Shown: positions 29,787 to 41,316 of the stretch, piece after piece
How positions within the stretch are numbered: position 1 is the stretch's first letter
How the letters are laid out: each line of letters begins with the position of its first letter
Source: an uncultured SAR86 cluster bacterium
GTDB lineage: Bacteria; Pseudomonadota; Gammaproteobacteria; Magnimaribacterales; TMED112
Assembly (NCBI GenBank): GCA_902610995.1
Contig: CACLXU010000002.1
Span: 64,036-128,035 of the forward strand
Direction: 5' to 3'
Length of the DNA: 64,000 nt
Position numbers and translations under genes: made by a program
Notes under the pieces: generated by a model
Databases searched by the model: none
Told to the model about the DNA's origin: nothing
The model's input: the letters and a program-made list of their open reading frames with translations, nothing else

Positions 29787-30477
29787 AGAAACGAGACCAC
29801 CAATTTTCTTTTGGCTTATCTTTCTTGGCAGCAGGTTTTTTGGCTGCAGGCTTTTTCGGTGCTTCTTCCTTGGCAGCAGGTTTTTTGGTTGCAGGCTTTT
29901 TAGCTTCAGGTTTTTTCGGTGCTTCTTCCTTGGTAGCAGATTTTTTTGCTGCAGGTTTTTTCGGTGCTTCTTCCTTGGCAGCAGGTTTTTTCGGTGCTTC
30001 TTCCTTGGCAGCAGGTTTCTCATCTGTAACTTTTGATTGAGTTATTTTTGAAGCATCTTCAACTATTTCTTCTTTTTGTTCTAATGGATCAAGAGCTTCG
30101 TCCTTAGTTTCACTCACTTCTACCCTCTTAGTAAGCTCAATATAACAAACATCTGCTTTGTCTCCTGCTCTAAACCCAGCTTTAATTATCCTTAAATAAC
30201 CCCCATTAACATCTACAAATCTCGGTCCAACATCGTTAAATAGTTTCTTTACAGCTTCTTTGGAGTCTAATTTTGACAAAACTACTCTTCTAGAATGCAA
30301 ATTGTCAGATTTTGATTTTGTAATTAATGGCTCTAAAAAACGTCTCAACTCTTTAGCTTTTTCGACAGTAGTCTTTATGATTTCGTGTTCAATAAGTGAA
30401 GCAGCCAGATTTCTCATCATGGCAATTCGATGTGATGATGTTCTACTAAATCTTCTGCTTACTTTCTTATGTCTCAT
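29779..30477 (-). CDS. rplQ: 50S ribosomal protein L17 with a ~110-aa repeat-rich C-terminal extension
   Basis: 232 aa. The core starts [24 protein letters not shown] and runs to about residue 120. K/P/A/E repeats follow, and the protein ends in WWSRFFK. Confidence 0.95.
   Translation of the reverse strand: MRHKKVSRRFSRTSSHRIAMMRNLAASLIEHEIIKTTVEKAKELRRFLEPLITKSKSDNLHSRRVVLSKLDSKEAVKKLFNDVGPRFVDVNGGYLRIIKAGFRAGDKADVCYIELTKRVEVSETKDEALDPLEQKEEIVEDASKITQSKVTDEKPAAKEEAPKKPAAKEEAPKKPAAKKSATKEEAPKKPEAKKPATKKPAAKEEAPKKPAAKKPAAKKDKPKENWWSRFFK
29812..30021 (-). repeat. Imperfect in-frame tandem array of 30-nt units ([10 protein letters not shown]) in the L17 tail
   Basis: ttcggtgcttcttccttggcagcaggtttt is repeated at 29960 and 29990. 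Variants start at 29855 and 29915. Confidence 0.9.
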
Positions 30478-30478
30478 A

Positions 30479-31432
30479 TTACATTGGTGGCCAATTTTTC
30501 AGCACTGTTCCCATTGAGAGTCCTCTTGATGCCAACTCATCTTTAATTTCATTTAATGATTTTTTTCCAAGATTAGGTGTTTTCAAAAGGTCCATTTCTG
30601 AGCGTTGAATAAGATCTCCTATCAAAAATATGTTTTCTGCTTTCAGACAATTTGTAGACCTAACTGTTAGCTCTAACTCTTCGATAGATCTCAGTAAGAG
30701 TGGGTCAAAATCATATTTGTCTTTTCTTTTCTCTTTCCTTGATACCAGCTCTTCATCTACAAAAACTGAAAGCTGATGTTGCATGATTGTTGCTGCATAT
30801 TTTACTGCTTGCTTTGCATCAATTGTTCCATCTGTCTCGAGATCTAGTACTAACTTATCAAGATCGGTTCTATTTTCAACTCGGGCATTTTCAACTTTAT
30901 AATTAACCCTTTTAACTGGGGAGTAAATTGCATCAAGATGAAGCGAATCTACATTTTTATCTTTCTTTGATTCAGCTGGAACATAACCTATTCCACTTTG
31001 AACTTTCATAGTCATAACAAGTTTTTTAGGCTCAACTAATGTGGCAATTACGTGATCTGAATCAATTATTTCAACTCCAGCTGGGAGTTCTAAATCTGAT
31101 GCTGTTACAGTTTTTGGAGTTTTGATATTCAATTTAACCTCTGCTTCGCTGACACCATCAAGTTTTATTGCAAGATCTTTCAGATTCAGAAGTATATCTA
31201 GAATATCTTCTTTAACGCCCTCAATTGTTCCGTATTCATGTGATACGCCATCAATTTTCACTTCGGTAACTGCAGCTCCAGGCATATAAGAAAGCATTAT
31301 CCTTCTTAAACTATGGCCAACTGTATAACCAAATCCTCTTTCAAAAGGCTCTAAAACAACTCTAAGGTTGTTTTTATCAACTTCATCTACCTTAATAACT
31401 TCAGGCGCCAACACATTCAATTTTTCTTCCAT
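30479..31432 (-). CDS. rpoA: DNA-directed RNA polymerase alpha subunit
   Basis: 317 aa with [16 protein letters not shown] and the C-terminal domain motif [16 protein letters not shown]. Confidence 0.97.
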   Translation of the reverse strand: MEEKLNVLAPEVIKVDEVDKNNLRVVLEPFERGFGYTVGHSLRRIMLSYMPGAAVTEVKIDGVSHEYGTIEGVKEDILDILLNLKDLAIKLDGVSEAEVKLNIKTPKTVTASDLELPAGVEIIDSDHVIATLVEPKKLVMTMKVQSGIGYVPAESKKDKNVDSLHLDAIYSPVKRVNYKVENARVENRTDLDKLVLDLETDGTIDAKQAVKYAATIMQHQLSVFVDEELVSRKEKRKDKYDFDPLLLRSIEELELTVRSTNCLKAENIFLIGDLIQRSEMDLLKTPNLGKKSLNEIKDELASRGLSMGTVLKNWPPM

Positions 31433-31443
31433 ATTTTCCTCTT

Positions 31444-32061
31444 TTACTTTGAGTACAACTCAATGATTAAGTTTTCATTTATTTCAGAGCTTAACTCTGA
31501 TCTATCTGGGAAATTAAGAAACTTCCCTTTCATTTCATCAAGACTCACATCCATCCAACTAAGCTTATCTTTATTCTTAGCAAGTTGAATAGCAGCCTTG
31601 ATTCTTAGTTGCTCTTTACTTTTATCTCTAATAGAAACCTCATCCTCAGGTTTTACGCTGAAAGATGGAATATTTACTGATTTACCGTTCACCTCAACAG
31701 ATTTATGAGTAACAATTTGTCTGGCTTCAGCTCTTGTTGTTGCAAATCCCATCCTATACACAACATTATCTAACCTTGACTCAAGAAGGTTCAATAAATT
31801 TTCTCCTGTATTTCCCTTTAATTTTGCAGCCTTCAGATAATAATTTCTAAATTGTCTTTCCAAAAGTCCGTATAATCTTTTAACTTTTTGTTTTTCTCTA
31901 AGCTGGGTCCCATAGTCTGATAATCTTCCTCTTGTAATTGCATTTCCAGGTTTTTTTTCAAAGTTACATTTTGATTCAATTGCTCTTGTGCCACTAGTAA
32001 GCATAAGGTCTGTACCTTCTCTTCTTGATAATCTTAATCTTGGACCTCTATACCTAGCCAT
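31444..32061 (-). CDS. rpsD: 30S ribosomal protein S4
   Basis: I start it at [16 protein letters not shown] (Met11 of the track ORF), giving 205 aa. The ATG overlaps the rpsK stop (TAATG). Confidence 0.95.
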   Translation of the reverse strand: MARYRGPRLRLSRREGTDLMLTSGTRAIESKCNFEKKPGNAITRGRLSDYGTQLREKQKVKRLYGLLERQFRNYYLKAAKLKGNTGENLLNLLESRLDNVVYRMGFATTRAEARQIVTHKSVEVNGKSVNIPSFSVKPEDEVSIRDKSKEQLRIKAAIQLAKNKDKLSWMDVSLDEMKGKFLNFPDRSELSSEINENLIIELYSK

Positions 32062-32435
32062 TAGACTCTCCTCTTTTTTGGTGGTCTGCACCCATTGTGA
32101 GGGAGTGGAGTAACATCTGTAATTTTATTTATTCTCAGACCACAACCATTTAGTGCTCTAATGGAAGATTCTCTACCGGCACCTGGTCCTTTGACCCTTA
32201 CTTCTACATTTACCATACCCATGTCTTTTGCCATAGTTCCAGCTCTTTCTGCGGCAATTTGAGCTGCAAATGGTGTGCTTTTTCTTGAACCTTTGAATCC
32301 TTGACCACCAGAGGTTGCCCAACAAAGTGCATTTCCACCCATATCGGTAATCATCACAATTGTGTTATTAAAGGATGCATTAATATGTGCGATCCCATCA
32401 GTTACAATTCTTTTTGTTTTCTTTTTGCCTGCCAT
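32061..32435 (-). CDS. rpsK: 30S ribosomal protein S11
   Basis: 124 aa with [14 protein letters not shown] and [16 protein letters not shown]. Confidence 0.97.
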   Translation of the reverse strand: MAGKKKTKRIVTDGIAHINASFNNTIVMITDMGGNALCWATSGGQGFKGSRKSTPFAAQIAAERAGTMAKDMGMVNVEVRVKGPGAGRESSIRALNGCGLRINKITDVTPLPHNGCRPPKKRRV

Positions 32436-32791
32436 TACGCTCTAATAGGTTTCCTTGGTCCTTTTCTGGTTCTTGCATTTGTTTTAGTTCTTTGACCTCT
32501 TAAGGGAAGGCCTTTTCTGTGCCTAATACCTCTGTAACAACCGAGATCCATTAAACGTTTTATATTAAAATTAATATCTCTTCTTAAATCACCCTCAATC
32601 TGGTAATTTTTCAACTCATCTCTTATCTTATCAAGATCGGCTTCAGACAAGCTTGAAACTTTCTGATCAAATTTAATCTTTAACTTGTTGCATATTTTTT
32701 GAGCTGTATTACGGCCTACACCAAAAATGTGAGACAAAGAAACATCAACATGTTTATTATCAGGTATATTTATTCCTCCAACTCTAGCCAT
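32435..32791 (-). CDS. rpsM: 30S ribosomal protein S13
   Basis: 118 aa starting [10 protein letters not shown], with [25 protein letters not shown]. Confidence 0.97.
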   Translation of the reverse strand: MARVGGINIPDNKHVDVSLSHIFGVGRNTAQKICNKLKIKFDQKVSSLSEADLDKIRDELKNYQIEGDLRRDINFNIKRLMDLGCYRGIRHRKGLPLRGQRTKTNARTRKGPRKPIRA

Positions 32792-32793
32792 AA

Positions 32794-32907
32794 TTATCCT
32801 TGCCTTTGTTTGTGTCTTTTATTTTTACAGATCACAAATAATGTTCCTGTTCTTTTAACTATTTTGCAGTCTTTGCAAATTCTTTTTATTGACGATCTCA
32901 CTTTCAT
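32794..32907 (-). CDS. rpmJ: 50S ribosomal protein L36
   Basis: Below the ORF-track size cut-off. My translation is [37 protein letters not shown] (37 aa). ATGA overlap with the secY stop. It ends 2 nt before rpsM. Confidence 0.93.
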   Translation of the reverse strand: MKVRSSIKRICKDCKIVKRTGTLFVICKNKRHKQRQG

Positions 32908-34202
32908 CTTCTTCTACTCTTTTTTGAGCCCGAAATATTAGCATTTTTTAAGATAGATGCATATTGTTCACTCATTACATAAGATTGTATTTGTCTTTGA
33001 AGATCTAATAAAACCACGACGACAATCAAAACTGATGTTCCACCAAGGTAAAAAGAAATCCCAAAACTATTGATTAGTAACAGTGGTAGTATACATACCA
33101 GTGAGAGATAAAATGCTCCAAATACAGTCAATCTAGAGAGAATTAAATCAATGAAACTTGCAGTTTGTTCTCCCGGTCTTATTCCAGGGATGAATGCTCC
33201 ACCCCTCTTTAGGTTGTCTGCTATATCATTTGAATTAAAAGTCAGTGCTAACCAAATATAGCAAAAAGAAACTATCAAAATAACAAATATTAGTATGTAA
33301 AGTGGCTGACCTGGGTTTAAATACAGTGAAAATTCTTGTAGCCCACCTAACCCGTCTACGCTTCCAAACCATGAAGACAATGATGCAGGGAACAATAAGA
33401 ATGTGCTTGCAAAGATAGCAGGTATAACTCCAGACATGTTAAGTTTCAGAGGTAAAAAGCTTGAGGGTGCCTGAATCATTCCTCTAACTTGGTTTCTTTG
33501 CGCATAGTTTACTGTTATCTTTCTTTGTGCATTCTCAACAAAAACTACAAAAGCAACAATTACTATGGATAGAATTCCTAATACTATTAGAAGAAGGTAG
33601 TTTAGGTCTCCCTGTTGTGCTTGTTCTAGTGCTTGCCCGAATGCTCTTGGAACTCCGACAATTATGCTGGTTGCAATTAAGAGCGAGATTCCGTTCCCTA
33701 TGCCTCTTTCTGTTATTTGTTCGCCTAACCACATTAAAAATACAGTACCAGTAACGATTGATAGTATCGCTACTATTGCTGAGAAAATACTACCTGCATC
33801 AATTAAACCTGCAGATTGTAGAGTTACAGTAAGTGCTGTAGATTGGACCAAAGCAAATATAACGGTTCCATATCTTGTATATTGTGTAATTTTGTTACGT
33901 CCAGTTTGTCCATCTTTTTTTAACTCTTGTAGATATGGAAGAGAATTTGAAAAGAGCTGCATTACAATCGCAGAGGAAATGTATGGTACGACACTCAGAG
34001 CAAAAATACTCATCCTCTCAAGTGCTCCACCTGAAAACAAATTGAAATACTGCAAAATTGTTCCTTGGCTTTGCTGGAATAATGCTGCTACCTGTTCTGG
34101 ATTAATACCAGGAATAGGAATATGTGTCCCCAATCTATAAATAATTAATGCGAAGGCAAGGAAGCCTAATCTACTCCACAATTCAGACATTGAATTACTC
34201 AA
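32904..34202 (-). CDS. secY: Preprotein translocase SecY
   Basis: 432 aa with [27 protein letters not shown] and [11 protein letters not shown]. Confidence 0.97.
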   Translation of the reverse strand: MSNSMSELWSRLGFLAFALIIYRLGTHIPIPGINPEQVAALFQQSQGTILQYFNLFSGGALERMSIFALSVVPYISSAIVMQLFSNSLPYLQELKKDGQTGRNKITQYTRYGTVIFALVQSTALTVTLQSAGLIDAGSIFSAIVAILSIVTGTVFLMWLGEQITERGIGNGISLLIATSIIVGVPRAFGQALEQAQQGDLNYLLLIVLGILSIVIVAFVVFVENAQRKITVNYAQRNQVRGMIQAPSSFLPLKLNMSGVIPAIFASTFLLFPASLSSWFGSVDGLGGLQEFSLYLNPGQPLYILIFVILIVSFCYIWLALTFNSNDIADNLKRGGAFIPGIRPGEQTASFIDLILSRLTVFGAFYLSLVCILPLLLINSFGISFYLGGTSVLIVVVVLLDLQRQIQSYVMSEQYASILKNANISGSKKSRRR

Positions 34203-34599
34203 CTATAACTCCTTTTGAAATCTTAATATTTTCATCAGTAACTTTCGCAGATAACTTACCAATACCAAAGATTTTTACTTTCTTTGTGCTTTTTTTTATG
34301 AGGCCAATTTTTCGGAGATTTTGGATATCAATTTTTTTTACACCATCAAGTTGCTTTACATTTATACTTTCTGACACCCTGGATATTCTTGAAGAGAAAC
34401 CAAATTTTGGAACCCTCATTTGTAACGGCATTTGCCCACCTTCAAAACCAGGCCTTACGTTACCTCCAGAACGAGATTTCTGACCTTTATGGCCTCGACC
34501 TGCTGTTTTCCCTACACCAGATCCTGTACCTCTTCCAACCCTTTTTCTCTCTTTTCTTGAAGGATTATCATTAATATTATTCAGAGCTAATTTGTCCAT
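34195..34599 (-). CDS. rplO: 50S ribosomal protein L15
   Basis: 134 aa with GRGTGSGVGKTAGRGHKGQKSRSGG. Confidence 0.96.
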   Translation of the reverse strand: MDKLALNNINDNPSRKERKRVGRGTGSGVGKTAGRGHKGQKSRSGGNVRPGFEGGQMPLQMRVPKFGFSSRISRVSESINVKQLDGVKKIDIQNLRKIGLIKKSTKKVKIFGIGKLSAKVTDENIKISKGVIVE

Positions 34600-34784
34600 T
34601 ATTTTTTAATTTCCTCTACTGAAACCATGTACTCAACTTGATTTATCATTCCTCTAACTGAGGGGGTATCCTCAACAACTTTTGAATCTCCAATACCTCT
34701 TAAGCCCAAGCCTTTGACCGATAGTCTGTGATTTTTCTTACGGCCAATGAGACTCTTTAATTGTGTAACTTTTAATTTTGCCAT
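34599..34784 (-). CDS. rpmD: 50S ribosomal protein L30
   Basis: The track ORF is over-extended. I start it at [19 protein letters not shown], giving 61 aa, directly after the rpsE stop. Confidence 0.92.
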   Translation of the reverse strand: MAKLKVTQLKSLIGRKKNHRLSVKGLGLRGIGDSKVVEDTPSVRGMINQVEYMVSVEEIKK

Positions 34785-34786
34785 GA

Positions 34787-35275
34787 TTAACTTCTTCTTT
34801 GTTTTACTTGTTCTGGAGACTCCATTTTTGATAAACCATTTATTGTTGCCCTTACAACATTTATTGGATTTGTTGATCCATAACACTTTGCAAGAACATT
34901 TTTAATTCCAACTAATTCTAGTACTGCTCTCATTGCACCACCTGCAATTATTCCTGTACCGTCTGAGGCAGGCTGCATATAAACTTTTGTTGCAGAACTT
35001 TTCTCAGTGACTGGATACCAGAGTGTATTTCCATTTAAATCAACGTTTACTATGTTTCTCTTTGCTTCATCTAGTGCTTTTTGTATTGCAACCGGTACCT
35101 CTTTTGCTTTGCCTCTTCCATAGCCAACTCTGCCATTACCGTCTCCCACAACTGTGAGGGCAGTAAAAGACATAACCCTTCCACCTTTCACTGTTTTGGC
35201 AACTCTATTTACTTGGACTAATTTTTCAACAAGTGAATCTTGTTGTTGTAAATTTTGTAAATTTTTATCTTCCAT
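34787..35275 (-). CDS. rpsE: 30S ribosomal protein S5
   Basis: 162 aa with [32 protein letters not shown]. Confidence 0.97.
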   Translation of the reverse strand: MEDKNLQNLQQQDSLVEKLVQVNRVAKTVKGGRVMSFTALTVVGDGNGRVGYGRGKAKEVPVAIQKALDEAKRNIVNVDLNGNTLWYPVTEKSSATKVYMQPASDGTGIIAGGAMRAVLELVGIKNVLAKCYGSTNPINVVRATINGLSKMESPEQVKQRRS

Positions 35276-35622
35276 TAAAAATCTAAGCCTCCTTCTCTAG
35301 CTCCATCAGCTAGTGCCTTTACTCTTCCATGAAATTTATAACCAGATCTATCAAAAGAAACTTTTTTGTGGCCTAAATCAATTGATTTTTTAGCTATTTC
35401 ACTGCCCACTTTTTTGGCAGCATCAATATTCCCTCCACCTTTAATCTTAAGATCCTTTTGAAGAGATGATGCTGAAGCTAAAACATTCCCATTAGATGAA
35501 TCAATGAGTTGTGCAGATATATTGTTTGATGATCTAAATACAGCCAGTCTAACAATGCCAGCTTTTTGTAGTAGCGCTCTTTGTTTTCTTGATCTTCTTA
35601 TTCTTGCAATCTCTTTAGCCAT
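35275..35622 (-). CDS. rplR: 50S ribosomal protein L18
   Basis: 115 aa with [17 protein letters not shown] and a C-terminal [22 protein letters not shown]. Confidence 0.96.
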   Translation of the reverse strand: MAKEIARIRRSRKQRALLQKAGIVRLAVFRSSNNISAQLIDSSNGNVLASASSLQKDLKIKGGGNIDAAKKVGSEIAKKSIDLGHKKVSFDRSGYKFHGRVKALADGAREGGLDF

Positions 35623-35626
35623 GATT

Positions 35627-36166
35627 CTAACCAGCAGCAGCTGCTTTCTTCCTTTCTTTCCTAATTACGTGTTCATTATCAACAAATATTCCCTTGCCCT
35701 TGTACGGTTCAGGTGGTCTGAATGCTCTAATTTCTGCACATACCTGGCCTAATATTTGTTTATTTATTGATGTAAGATTAAATTCTGTTTGATTTTCTGA
35801 TTTGGCATCCACTTGTTCAGGCAACGAATACTCAACAGGATGTGAAAATCCCAATGTTAAAACCAATTTTTTTCCTTGAACGTTTGCTCTGTAGCCAACA
35901 CCATTAAGTTTAATATTTTTTGTAAAGCCTTCACTTACCCCTGTAACATCATTCGAAATTAAGGCTCTCATTGTTCCAGCAATAGCTTTGTTTTCCTGTC
36001 CTTCCCATTTAACTTGAATTTGCTCAGAGGAAATATCAAGGGCAACATTTGGATTAATTGCTAACCTAGTTTCTCCTTTAGGACCCTTGATAATAAGGTC
36101 TGCGTTCTCTTGTACAGCCGAGACGCCTGATGGAATAATTACTGGATCTTTTGCTATTCTAGACAT
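35627..36166 (-). CDS. rplF: 50S ribosomal protein L6
   Basis: 179 aa starting MSRIAKDPVIIPSGV, with GVGYRA. Confidence 0.96.
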   Translation of the reverse strand: MSRIAKDPVIIPSGVSAVQENADLIIKGPKGETRLAINPNVALDISSEQIQVKWEGQENKAIAGTMRALISNDVTGVSEGFTKNIKLNGVGYRANVQGKKLVLTLGFSHPVEYSLPEQVDAKSENQTEFNLTSINKQILGQVCAEIRAFRPPEPYKGKGIFVDNEHVIRKERKKAAAAG

Positions 36167-36167
36167 A

Positions 36168-36554
36168 TTAAAACACCCTACAAATCACTTCGCCACCAAG
36201 TTGATCCTTGATTGCTTCTTTATCAGTTTTAAGACCTTTGCTAGTGGATAGAATTTTCATTCCAAGTCCACCTTTATAGGGCTTTAGATCCTTATAACTT
36301 ATGTACTTTCTTAATCCAGGTTTTGATTCTCTTTGTATTTCTCTTATTGCAGACTCATCATTTACATATTTAAGTGATATATCTAATTCTGAAAAGTCTC
36401 TTTTTACCTTCTTTACCGCCAATATGTAGCCTTCTTTCGCTAGCAACTTTAATAATTCATGTTTAATTTTTGAATGGGGTGCACTCACACTCTCTTTCCC
36501 TCTTAAAAGTGCGTTTCTTATTCTCGTAAGTAGGTCTGCTATAGGATCTGTCAT
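36168..36554 (-). CDS. rpsH: 30S ribosomal protein S8
   Basis: 128 aa starting MTDPIADLLTRIRNA. Confidence 0.97.
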   Translation of the reverse strand: MTDPIADLLTRIRNALLRGKESVSAPHSKIKHELLKLLAKEGYILAVKKVKRDFSELDISLKYVNDESAIREIQRESKPGLRKYISYKDLKPYKGGLGMKILSTSKGLKTDKEAIKDQLGGEVICRVF

Positions 36555-36558
36555 AATA

Positions 36559-36861
36559 TTACCAACTTGATTTTTTTACTCCTGGGAGCTTTCCTGACAT
36601 TGCTAGCTCTCTTAATTTTGATCTGCTTAGTCCAAATTTTCTGTAGACCCCTTTTGGGCGACCTGTTAGTGCACATCGCCTAACAACCCTATTTGGGTTT
36701 GACCGCCTTGGTAGTTTTTGAAGCTCTCTTTGTGCCTCCATTCTCTCTTCGAATGTAGTGGCTGTTCTTTGGGCCTCTTTGAGTTTGGCTCTTTTGTCAG
36801 CGAATTTGCTGACAAGTTTAATTTTGAGCTTTTCTCTCTCAACTAGTGATTTTCTAGCCAT
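36559..36861 (-). CDS. rpsN: 30S ribosomal protein S14 (long, non-zinc type)
   Basis: I start it at [13 protein letters not shown] (Met20 of the track ORF), giving 100 aa. It ends GVKKSSW. Confidence 0.94.
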   Translation of the reverse strand: MARKSLVEREKLKIKLVSKFADKRAKLKEAQRTATTFEERMEAQRELQKLPRRSNPNRVVRRCALTGRPKGVYRKFGLSRSKLRELAMSGKLPGVKKSSW

Positions 36862-37399
36862 TTCTACCTCTAAACGGAAAGTTAAAACTTGCAAGAAGTT
36901 CTTGGGCCTCATTATCACCGACTGCAGATGTTGTAATTGCTATATCCATACCTCTTAATTTATCGACTTTATCGTAATCAATCTCAGGAAAGATAATTTG
37001 TTCTTTAATTCCCATATTGTAATTCCCTTGCCCATCAAATGATTTTGTACTTAAGCCTCTAAAATCCTTTTCCCTTGGTATTGCAAGGTTAATGAGTCTT
37101 TCAAAGAAGTCGTACATTTTACTGCCTCTTAAGGTCACCTTGCAACCTATGGGGTACTGTTCTCTAATCTTGAATGTTGAGACTGCTTTTCTAGCCTTTG
37201 TTATTACAGGTTTTTGGCCGCAAATGGCTTCAAGATCTTTCAATGCATTTTCTAGAACACCTTTGTCTTTAGAAGCTTCTCCAACACCCATGTTTATTGT
37301 TATTTTTTGAAGCTTAGGAACCTCCATTATAGATTTCAGGCCTAACTTCTCTTTTAGAGCAGGAGCGATCTCTTTTGTATATTTTTCTTTAAAATTCAT
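36854..37399 (-). CDS. rplE: 50S ribosomal protein L5
   Basis: 181 aa with [11 protein letters not shown] and [28 protein letters not shown]. Confidence 0.97.
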   Translation of the reverse strand: MNFKEKYTKEIAPALKEKLGLKSIMEVPKLQKITINMGVGEASKDKGVLENALKDLEAICGQKPVITKARKAVSTFKIREQYPIGCKVTLRGSKMYDFFERLINLAIPREKDFRGLSTKSFDGQGNYNMGIKEQIIFPEIDYDKVDKLRGMDIAITTSAVGDNEAQELLASFNFPFRGRNG

Positions 37400-37719
37400 T
37401 ATTTTATTTCCTTGCCCGTAGATCTAAAAATTCTAACTTTTTTACCCTTTTCCTCTTTAAATCCAATTTTGTCTCTTTTTTTAGCGGCTGAATTCCAAAT
37501 CATTAAGTTTGAAAGTTCAATAGGCATTTCTTTCTCAACTATTCCGCCTGTAATCCCAAGCTGTGGGTTGGGTCTTGTATGCCTCTTTGCAAGATTTAAA
37601 TCGTTAACAATGCATTTTGAGCCAACTATTTGTTTAATATTGCCTCTTTTGCCACGTTCTTTTCCTGAGATTACGATTACTTCATCTCCTTCTCTAAGTT
37701 TTGTATTTTTGTTTTTCAT
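37399..37719 (-). CDS. rplX: 50S ribosomal protein L24
   Basis: 106 aa with a KOW motif ([16 protein letters not shown]). Confidence 0.95.
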   Translation of the reverse strand: MKNKNTKLREGDEVIVISGKERGKRGNIKQIVGSKCIVNDLNLAKRHTRPNPQLGITGGIVEKEMPIELSNLMIWNSAAKKRDKIGFKEEKGKKVRIFRSTGKEIK

Positions 37720-38087
37720 TACAGAACCTCCGGTGCTAATGAGACAATCTTCATGTACTTAGCTGATCGTAGCTCACGTGTAACAGGCCCAAAAATTCTA
37801 GTTGCTACAGGATCTCTATTATTATTTAGCAGAACAACTGCGTTTTCATCGAAACCAATTTTAGAGCCATCAGACCGTCTAACTCCTGACCTACTCCTTA
37901 CGATTAACGCATTCATCACAGATCCCTTTTTAATTTTGCTCTGGGGCAAAGCTTCCTTCACAGCAACTTTGATTACATCACCAATGTTGGCAGTTCTCCT
38001 TTTAGAGCCGCCAAGTACTTTTATACACATCACTGATCTTGCACCGCTGTTATCAGCAACATTTAACATGCTTTGAGTCTGAATCAT
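37719..38087 (-). CDS. rplN: 50S ribosomal protein L14
   Basis: 122 aa starting [17 protein letters not shown]. Confidence 0.98.
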   Translation of the reverse strand: MIQTQSMLNVADNSGARSVMCIKVLGGSKRRTANIGDVIKVAVKEALPQSKIKKGSVMNALIVRSRSGVRRSDGSKIGFDENAVVLLNNNRDPVATRIFGPVTRELRSAKYMKIVSLAPEVL

Positions 38088-38344
38088 GTTTTTTCACCTT
38101 GTCTAATAACCTCAATTAATTTCCAACTCTTAGTCTTCGATATCGGCTTGCATTCCTGAATAGTCACAACATCACCTAATTTTGAAACCTCTTTTTCATC
38201 ATGCACGTGGTACTTAGAAGACAAATTTATGTACTTCCCATATTTTGGGTGTTTTGTTCTTCTGCCAACGGTTACAACAACTGTCTTATTCATGCTATTG
38301 CTTGTTACCGTCCCCTGAAGCGTTCTACCTGCCATTGCTTTCAA
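38084..38344 (-). CDS. rpsQ: 30S ribosomal protein S17
   Basis: 86 aa with [18 protein letters not shown] and SKTKSWKL. The start could be Met4 (38335). Either start overlaps the end of rpmC. Confidence 0.94.
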   Translation of the reverse strand: MKAMAGRTLQGTVTSNSMNKTVVVTVGRRTKHPKYGKYINLSSKYHVHDEKEVSKLGDVVTIQECKPISKTKSWKLIEVIRQGEKT

Positions 38345-38522
38345 TCTCCGTTTTTATTCTAGCTATATTTTTTCTTGTTTCTTTTAGTAAATGACTTTCT
38401 TTAAGTTGGCCCATTTTATGTTTGAAATTACTTTCAAACAATAACTTTCTTTGGGCAAGAAGCTCTTTTTTTAAGGACTCTTTATTCATCCCTTTGTAGT
38501 CTTTTCCAGTTTTTTTAGGCAT
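38325..38522 (-). CDS. rpmC: 50S ribosomal protein L29
   Basis: I start it at [22 protein letters not shown] (Met7 of the track ORF), giving 65 aa, just after the rplP stop. Confidence 0.9.
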   Translation of the reverse strand: MPKKTGKDYKGMNKESLKKELLAQRKLLFESNFKHKMGQLKESHLLKETRKNIARIKTEIESNGR

Positions 38523-38931
38523 TTGTACCTCTCTTAACAAATGTTGTTCCCATTGGGAGCTTTGCTCCAGCTAATTCAAAAGCTCTTTTTGCATCTGCTT
38601 CAGATACGCCTGAGACCTCATAAATAATCTTTCCTGGTTTAATTGGACTTGCCCAATATTCAACATTACCTTTGCCTTTTCCTTGCCTAGTCTCGAGTGG
38701 TTTTTTTGTTATTGGCTTATCCGGGAAGACTCTTATCCATACTTTTCCCCCTCTTTTAATATATCTTACTAATGCTCTTCTCGCGGCTTCTATCTGTCTA
38801 GATGTAAGCATCCCATGAGATGTTGCTTTTAGTCCAAAATCTCCAAATGAAACAGATGAGCCAGCAGATGCAAAGCCATTATTTCTTCCTTTCATTTGTT
38901 TTCTGAATTTTGTTTTCTTAGGTTGAAGCAT
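38515..38931 (-). CDS. rplP: 50S ribosomal protein L16
   Basis: 138 aa starting [17 protein letters not shown]. Confidence 0.98.
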   Translation of the reverse strand: MLQPKKTKFRKQMKGRNNGFASAGSSVSFGDFGLKATSHGMLTSRQIEAARRALVRYIKRGGKVWIRVFPDKPITKKPLETRQGKGKGNVEYWASPIKPGKIIYEVSGVSEADAKRAFELAGAKLPMGTTFVKRGTNA

Positions 38932-39554
38932 TACTTGTCACCTCTATAAATCCAAACCTTCACACCTAATATTCCATAGGTTGTTAGGGCTTCACTAGTT
39001 GCATAATCTATATCTGCCTTAATTGTATGCAAAGGAACCCGGCCCTCTCTATACCACTCAGATCGAGCAATTTCTGCTCCATTTAATCTTCCAGAAACTT
39101 CTATACGTATTCCTTTTGCACCTTGTCTCATAGTATTTTGGACAGCTCTCTTCATAGCTTTTCTGAACATTATCCTTTTCTCTAATTGTTGTGTAACAGA
39201 GTCAGCAACTAATTGAGCATCCAAATCTGGTTGTTTTATTTCTTTAACATTTAACTTAACTTCTTGATTAACAACTCTTTTAAGCTCCTTTTTAATTTTT
39301 TCTATCTCTTCACCTTTTTTTCCAATAACTATCCCAGGTCTTGAAGTGTTTATATCTACAATAATTTCTTCCATTGTTCTTTTTATTGAAACTGAACTTA
39401 TTGGGGCTTGTGGCAGTATTTCTTTAACTCTTTCTCGCACTTTTATATCCTCTAAAACAAGCTTTGAGTAGTCTTTTGACTTTGCATACCAGACAGAGTC
39501 ATGGTCTCTACTTGTTCCTAATCTAAATCCTACTGGATTAACTTTCTGTCCCAC
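38931..39554 (-). CDS. rpsC: 30S ribosomal protein S3
   Basis: 207 aa starting [13 protein letters not shown], with a KH domain. Confidence 0.98.
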   Translation of the reverse strand: MGQKVNPVGFRLGTSRDHDSVWYAKSKDYSKLVLEDIKVRERVKEILPQAPISSVSIKRTMEEIIVDINTSRPGIVIGKKGEEIEKIKKELKRVVNQEVKLNVKEIKQPDLDAQLVADSVTQQLEKRIMFRKAMKRAVQNTMRQGAKGIRIEVSGRLNGAEIARSEWYREGRVPLHTIKADIDYATSEALTTYGILGVKVWIYRGDK

Positions 39555-39912
39555 TTTGAGCCTCCACTTTTTCCTCTTTTAATTTCTCCGACAATAAAAT
39601 TTCAATATTGCAAAAGGGTTTTTTCATTCTATCAGCACGTCCTCTTGCTCTTATCTTTATTCTCTTCATAACAAAACCCTTATTCACAATGATTGATTTG
39701 ATCCGTAGATTATCAATATCTGCATTTTCGTTATTTTCAGCATTTGAAATGGCGGAGTTTAAAAGTTTTTTTATGATGTCGGCTCCTTTTTTCTTGGAAA
39801 AGCTAAGAACATCAAGTGCTTGCTCTACCTCTAATCCACGAACTTGGTCAGCCACTAAACCAGCTTTTTGTGGTGATAATCTTGCTCCTTTTAAATACGC
39901 TCTAACTTCCAC
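39538..39912 (-). CDS. rplV: 50S ribosomal protein L22
   Basis: 124 aa with [16 protein letters not shown] and [16 protein letters not shown]. Confidence 0.96.
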   Translation of the reverse strand: MEVRAYLKGARLSPQKAGLVADQVRGLEVEQALDVLSFSKKKGADIIKKLLNSAISNAENNENADIDNLRIKSIIVNKGFVMKRIKIRARGRADRMKKPFCNIEILLSEKLKEEKVEAQSGTES

Positions 39913-39917
39913 TTTTA

Positions 39918-40196
39918 TTACACCTTTGTTACCTTTCTGTCTCCAGAATGAAGTTTAAATGTTCTAGTAATGGAGAATTCCCCTAATTTTTGGCCAACCA
40001 TATCTTCTTTGACAAAAACTGGTATGTGCTGTCTTCCATTGTGAACAGCAATAGTCAAACCAACCATATCAGGAGTAATCATTGAAGATCTTGACCAAGT
40101 TTTGATTGGTTTCCTATCGTTGGTTTCTTTGGCTTTCGCGATCTTCTTTTCAAGAGAAACATCGACAAAAGGTCCTTTTTTACTTGATCTTGCCAT
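39918..40196 (-). CDS. rpsS: 30S ribosomal protein S19
   Basis: 92 aa starting [12 protein letters not shown], with [12 protein letters not shown]. Confidence 0.98.
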   Translation of the reverse strand: MARSSKKGPFVDVSLEKKIAKAKETNDRKPIKTWSRSSMITPDMVGLTIAVHNGRQHIPVFVKEDMVGQKLGEFSITRTFKLHSGDRKVTKV

Positions 40197-41017
40197 TATT
40201 TATATCTCCTTTTGACAATAAGTTTGTCACTCGGTTTAGGTTTGCGTGTTCTGTAACCCTTTGTAGGAGTTCCCCAAGGGGATACCGGGTTTCTTCCACC
40301 TGAAGTTTTACCCTCTCCGCCTCCATGAGGATGATCAACTGGATTCATTGCAACACCTCTAACAGTTGGCCTTACTCCTCTCCATCTTTTTGCGCCTGCT
40401 TTTCCAAGCGATCTTAAGTTGTGCTGTTCATTTGAAATTACCCCAACAGTTGCTCTACAAGTTAATAAAATCTTTCTCATCTCTCCGGAACTGAGTCTTA
40501 AAGTTGCATATTTACCTTCTTTTGCTACTAATCTTGCAGTTGTTCCTGCAGATCTTACAAGTTGTGCCCCCTTGCCAGGTCGCATTTCAACACAGTGAAC
40601 TTCTGTACCTTGAGGTATCTTTGATAAAGGCAGTGAATTTCCTGGTTTAATCGGGGCTTTATCACTAGAAATAACTTTTGCTTTATCTTTCAGATTTTTT
40701 GGAGCTATGATGTAAGCTCGTTCACCATCTTTGTATTCAATAAGAGCAATATTTGCAGACCGGTTCGGATCGTACTCAAGTCTCAAAACTTTTGCCTCAA
40801 CGTCAAACTTATTTCGTTTAAAGTCGACAATTCTATATAGTCGTTTATGTCCACCGCCTTTGTGTCTTACAGTAATTCTTCCATTGTTATTTCTACCAGA
40901 AATTTTGTTTTTGGATTCAAGAAGTTTTTTTTCTGGCCTTCCCTTGTGAAGATCTGAACTGATTTGGACCCTGAATCGTCTGCCTGGAGAGGTGGGTTTT
41001 GCTTTAATAATAGCCAT
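40196..41017 (-). CDS. rplB: 50S ribosomal protein L2
   Basis: 273 aa with [19 protein letters not shown] and [13 protein letters not shown]. Confidence 0.98.
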   Translation of the reverse strand: MAIIKAKPTSPGRRFRVQISSDLHKGRPEKKLLESKNKISGRNNNGRITVRHKGGGHKRLYRIVDFKRNKFDVEAKVLRLEYDPNRSANIALIEYKDGERAYIIAPKNLKDKAKVISSDKAPIKPGNSLPLSKIPQGTEVHCVEMRPGKGAQLVRSAGTTARLVAKEGKYATLRLSSGEMRKILLTCRATVGVISNEQHNLRSLGKAGAKRWRGVRPTVRGVAMNPVDHPHGGGEGKTSGGRNPVSPWGTPTKGYRTRKPKPSDKLIVKRRYK

Positions 41018-41316
41018 TATTTAAAAGGATTCTCCAGGTTAATTTCTTTGCCATCTTCTAGTGAAACGTAAGCTTTTTTGTAAGTGCTGGTTTTATATTT
41101 TCCAAAACGATTTCTTTTGTTTTTAAATTTCGTGTTAAGCACTCTAACTGATTTGACCTTAACACCAAAGATGTCCTCAATAGAACTTGTTATTTGCTTT
41201 TTGGTTGCATCGCCATCAACCTTAAAAACATAGGTATTCCCATTGCTCTTCTGTATAGCTGACTTTTCGCTGATAACAGGGCTTTTAATCGTGGTGTAAG
41301 ATCGTTCATTTAACAT
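41017..41316 (-). CDS. rplW: 50S ribosomal protein L23
   Basis: 99 aa. Conserved position between rplD and rplB, with [13 protein letters not shown]. Confidence 0.93.
   Translation of the reverse strand: MLNERSYTTIKSPVISEKSAIQKSNGNTYVFKVDGDATKKQITSSIEDIFGVKVKSVRVLNTKFKNKRNRFGKYKTSTYKKAYVSLEDGKEINLENPFK

Noticed and set aside
29772-30040. Alternative-frame ORFs (29772-30023 minus, 29825-30040 plus) and the CRISPR-like look of the regular 30-nt repeats
   Set aside because: The repeats abut each other without spacers and are in frame with the L17 C-terminal tail. The other frames stay open only because the repeat lacks stops. There are no cas genes.
31444-32091. N-terminal extensions in the ORF track for rpsD, and likewise rpmD (to 34886), rpsN (to 36918), rpmC (to 38540), rplJ (to 55235), the 21291 gene (to 21872), the 59515 gene (to 60255) and the 60584 gene (to 61306)
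   Set aside because: In each case an internal Met reproduces the conserved N-terminus or signal peptide and sits right after the upstream gene's stop. The extensions overlap neighbouring genes.
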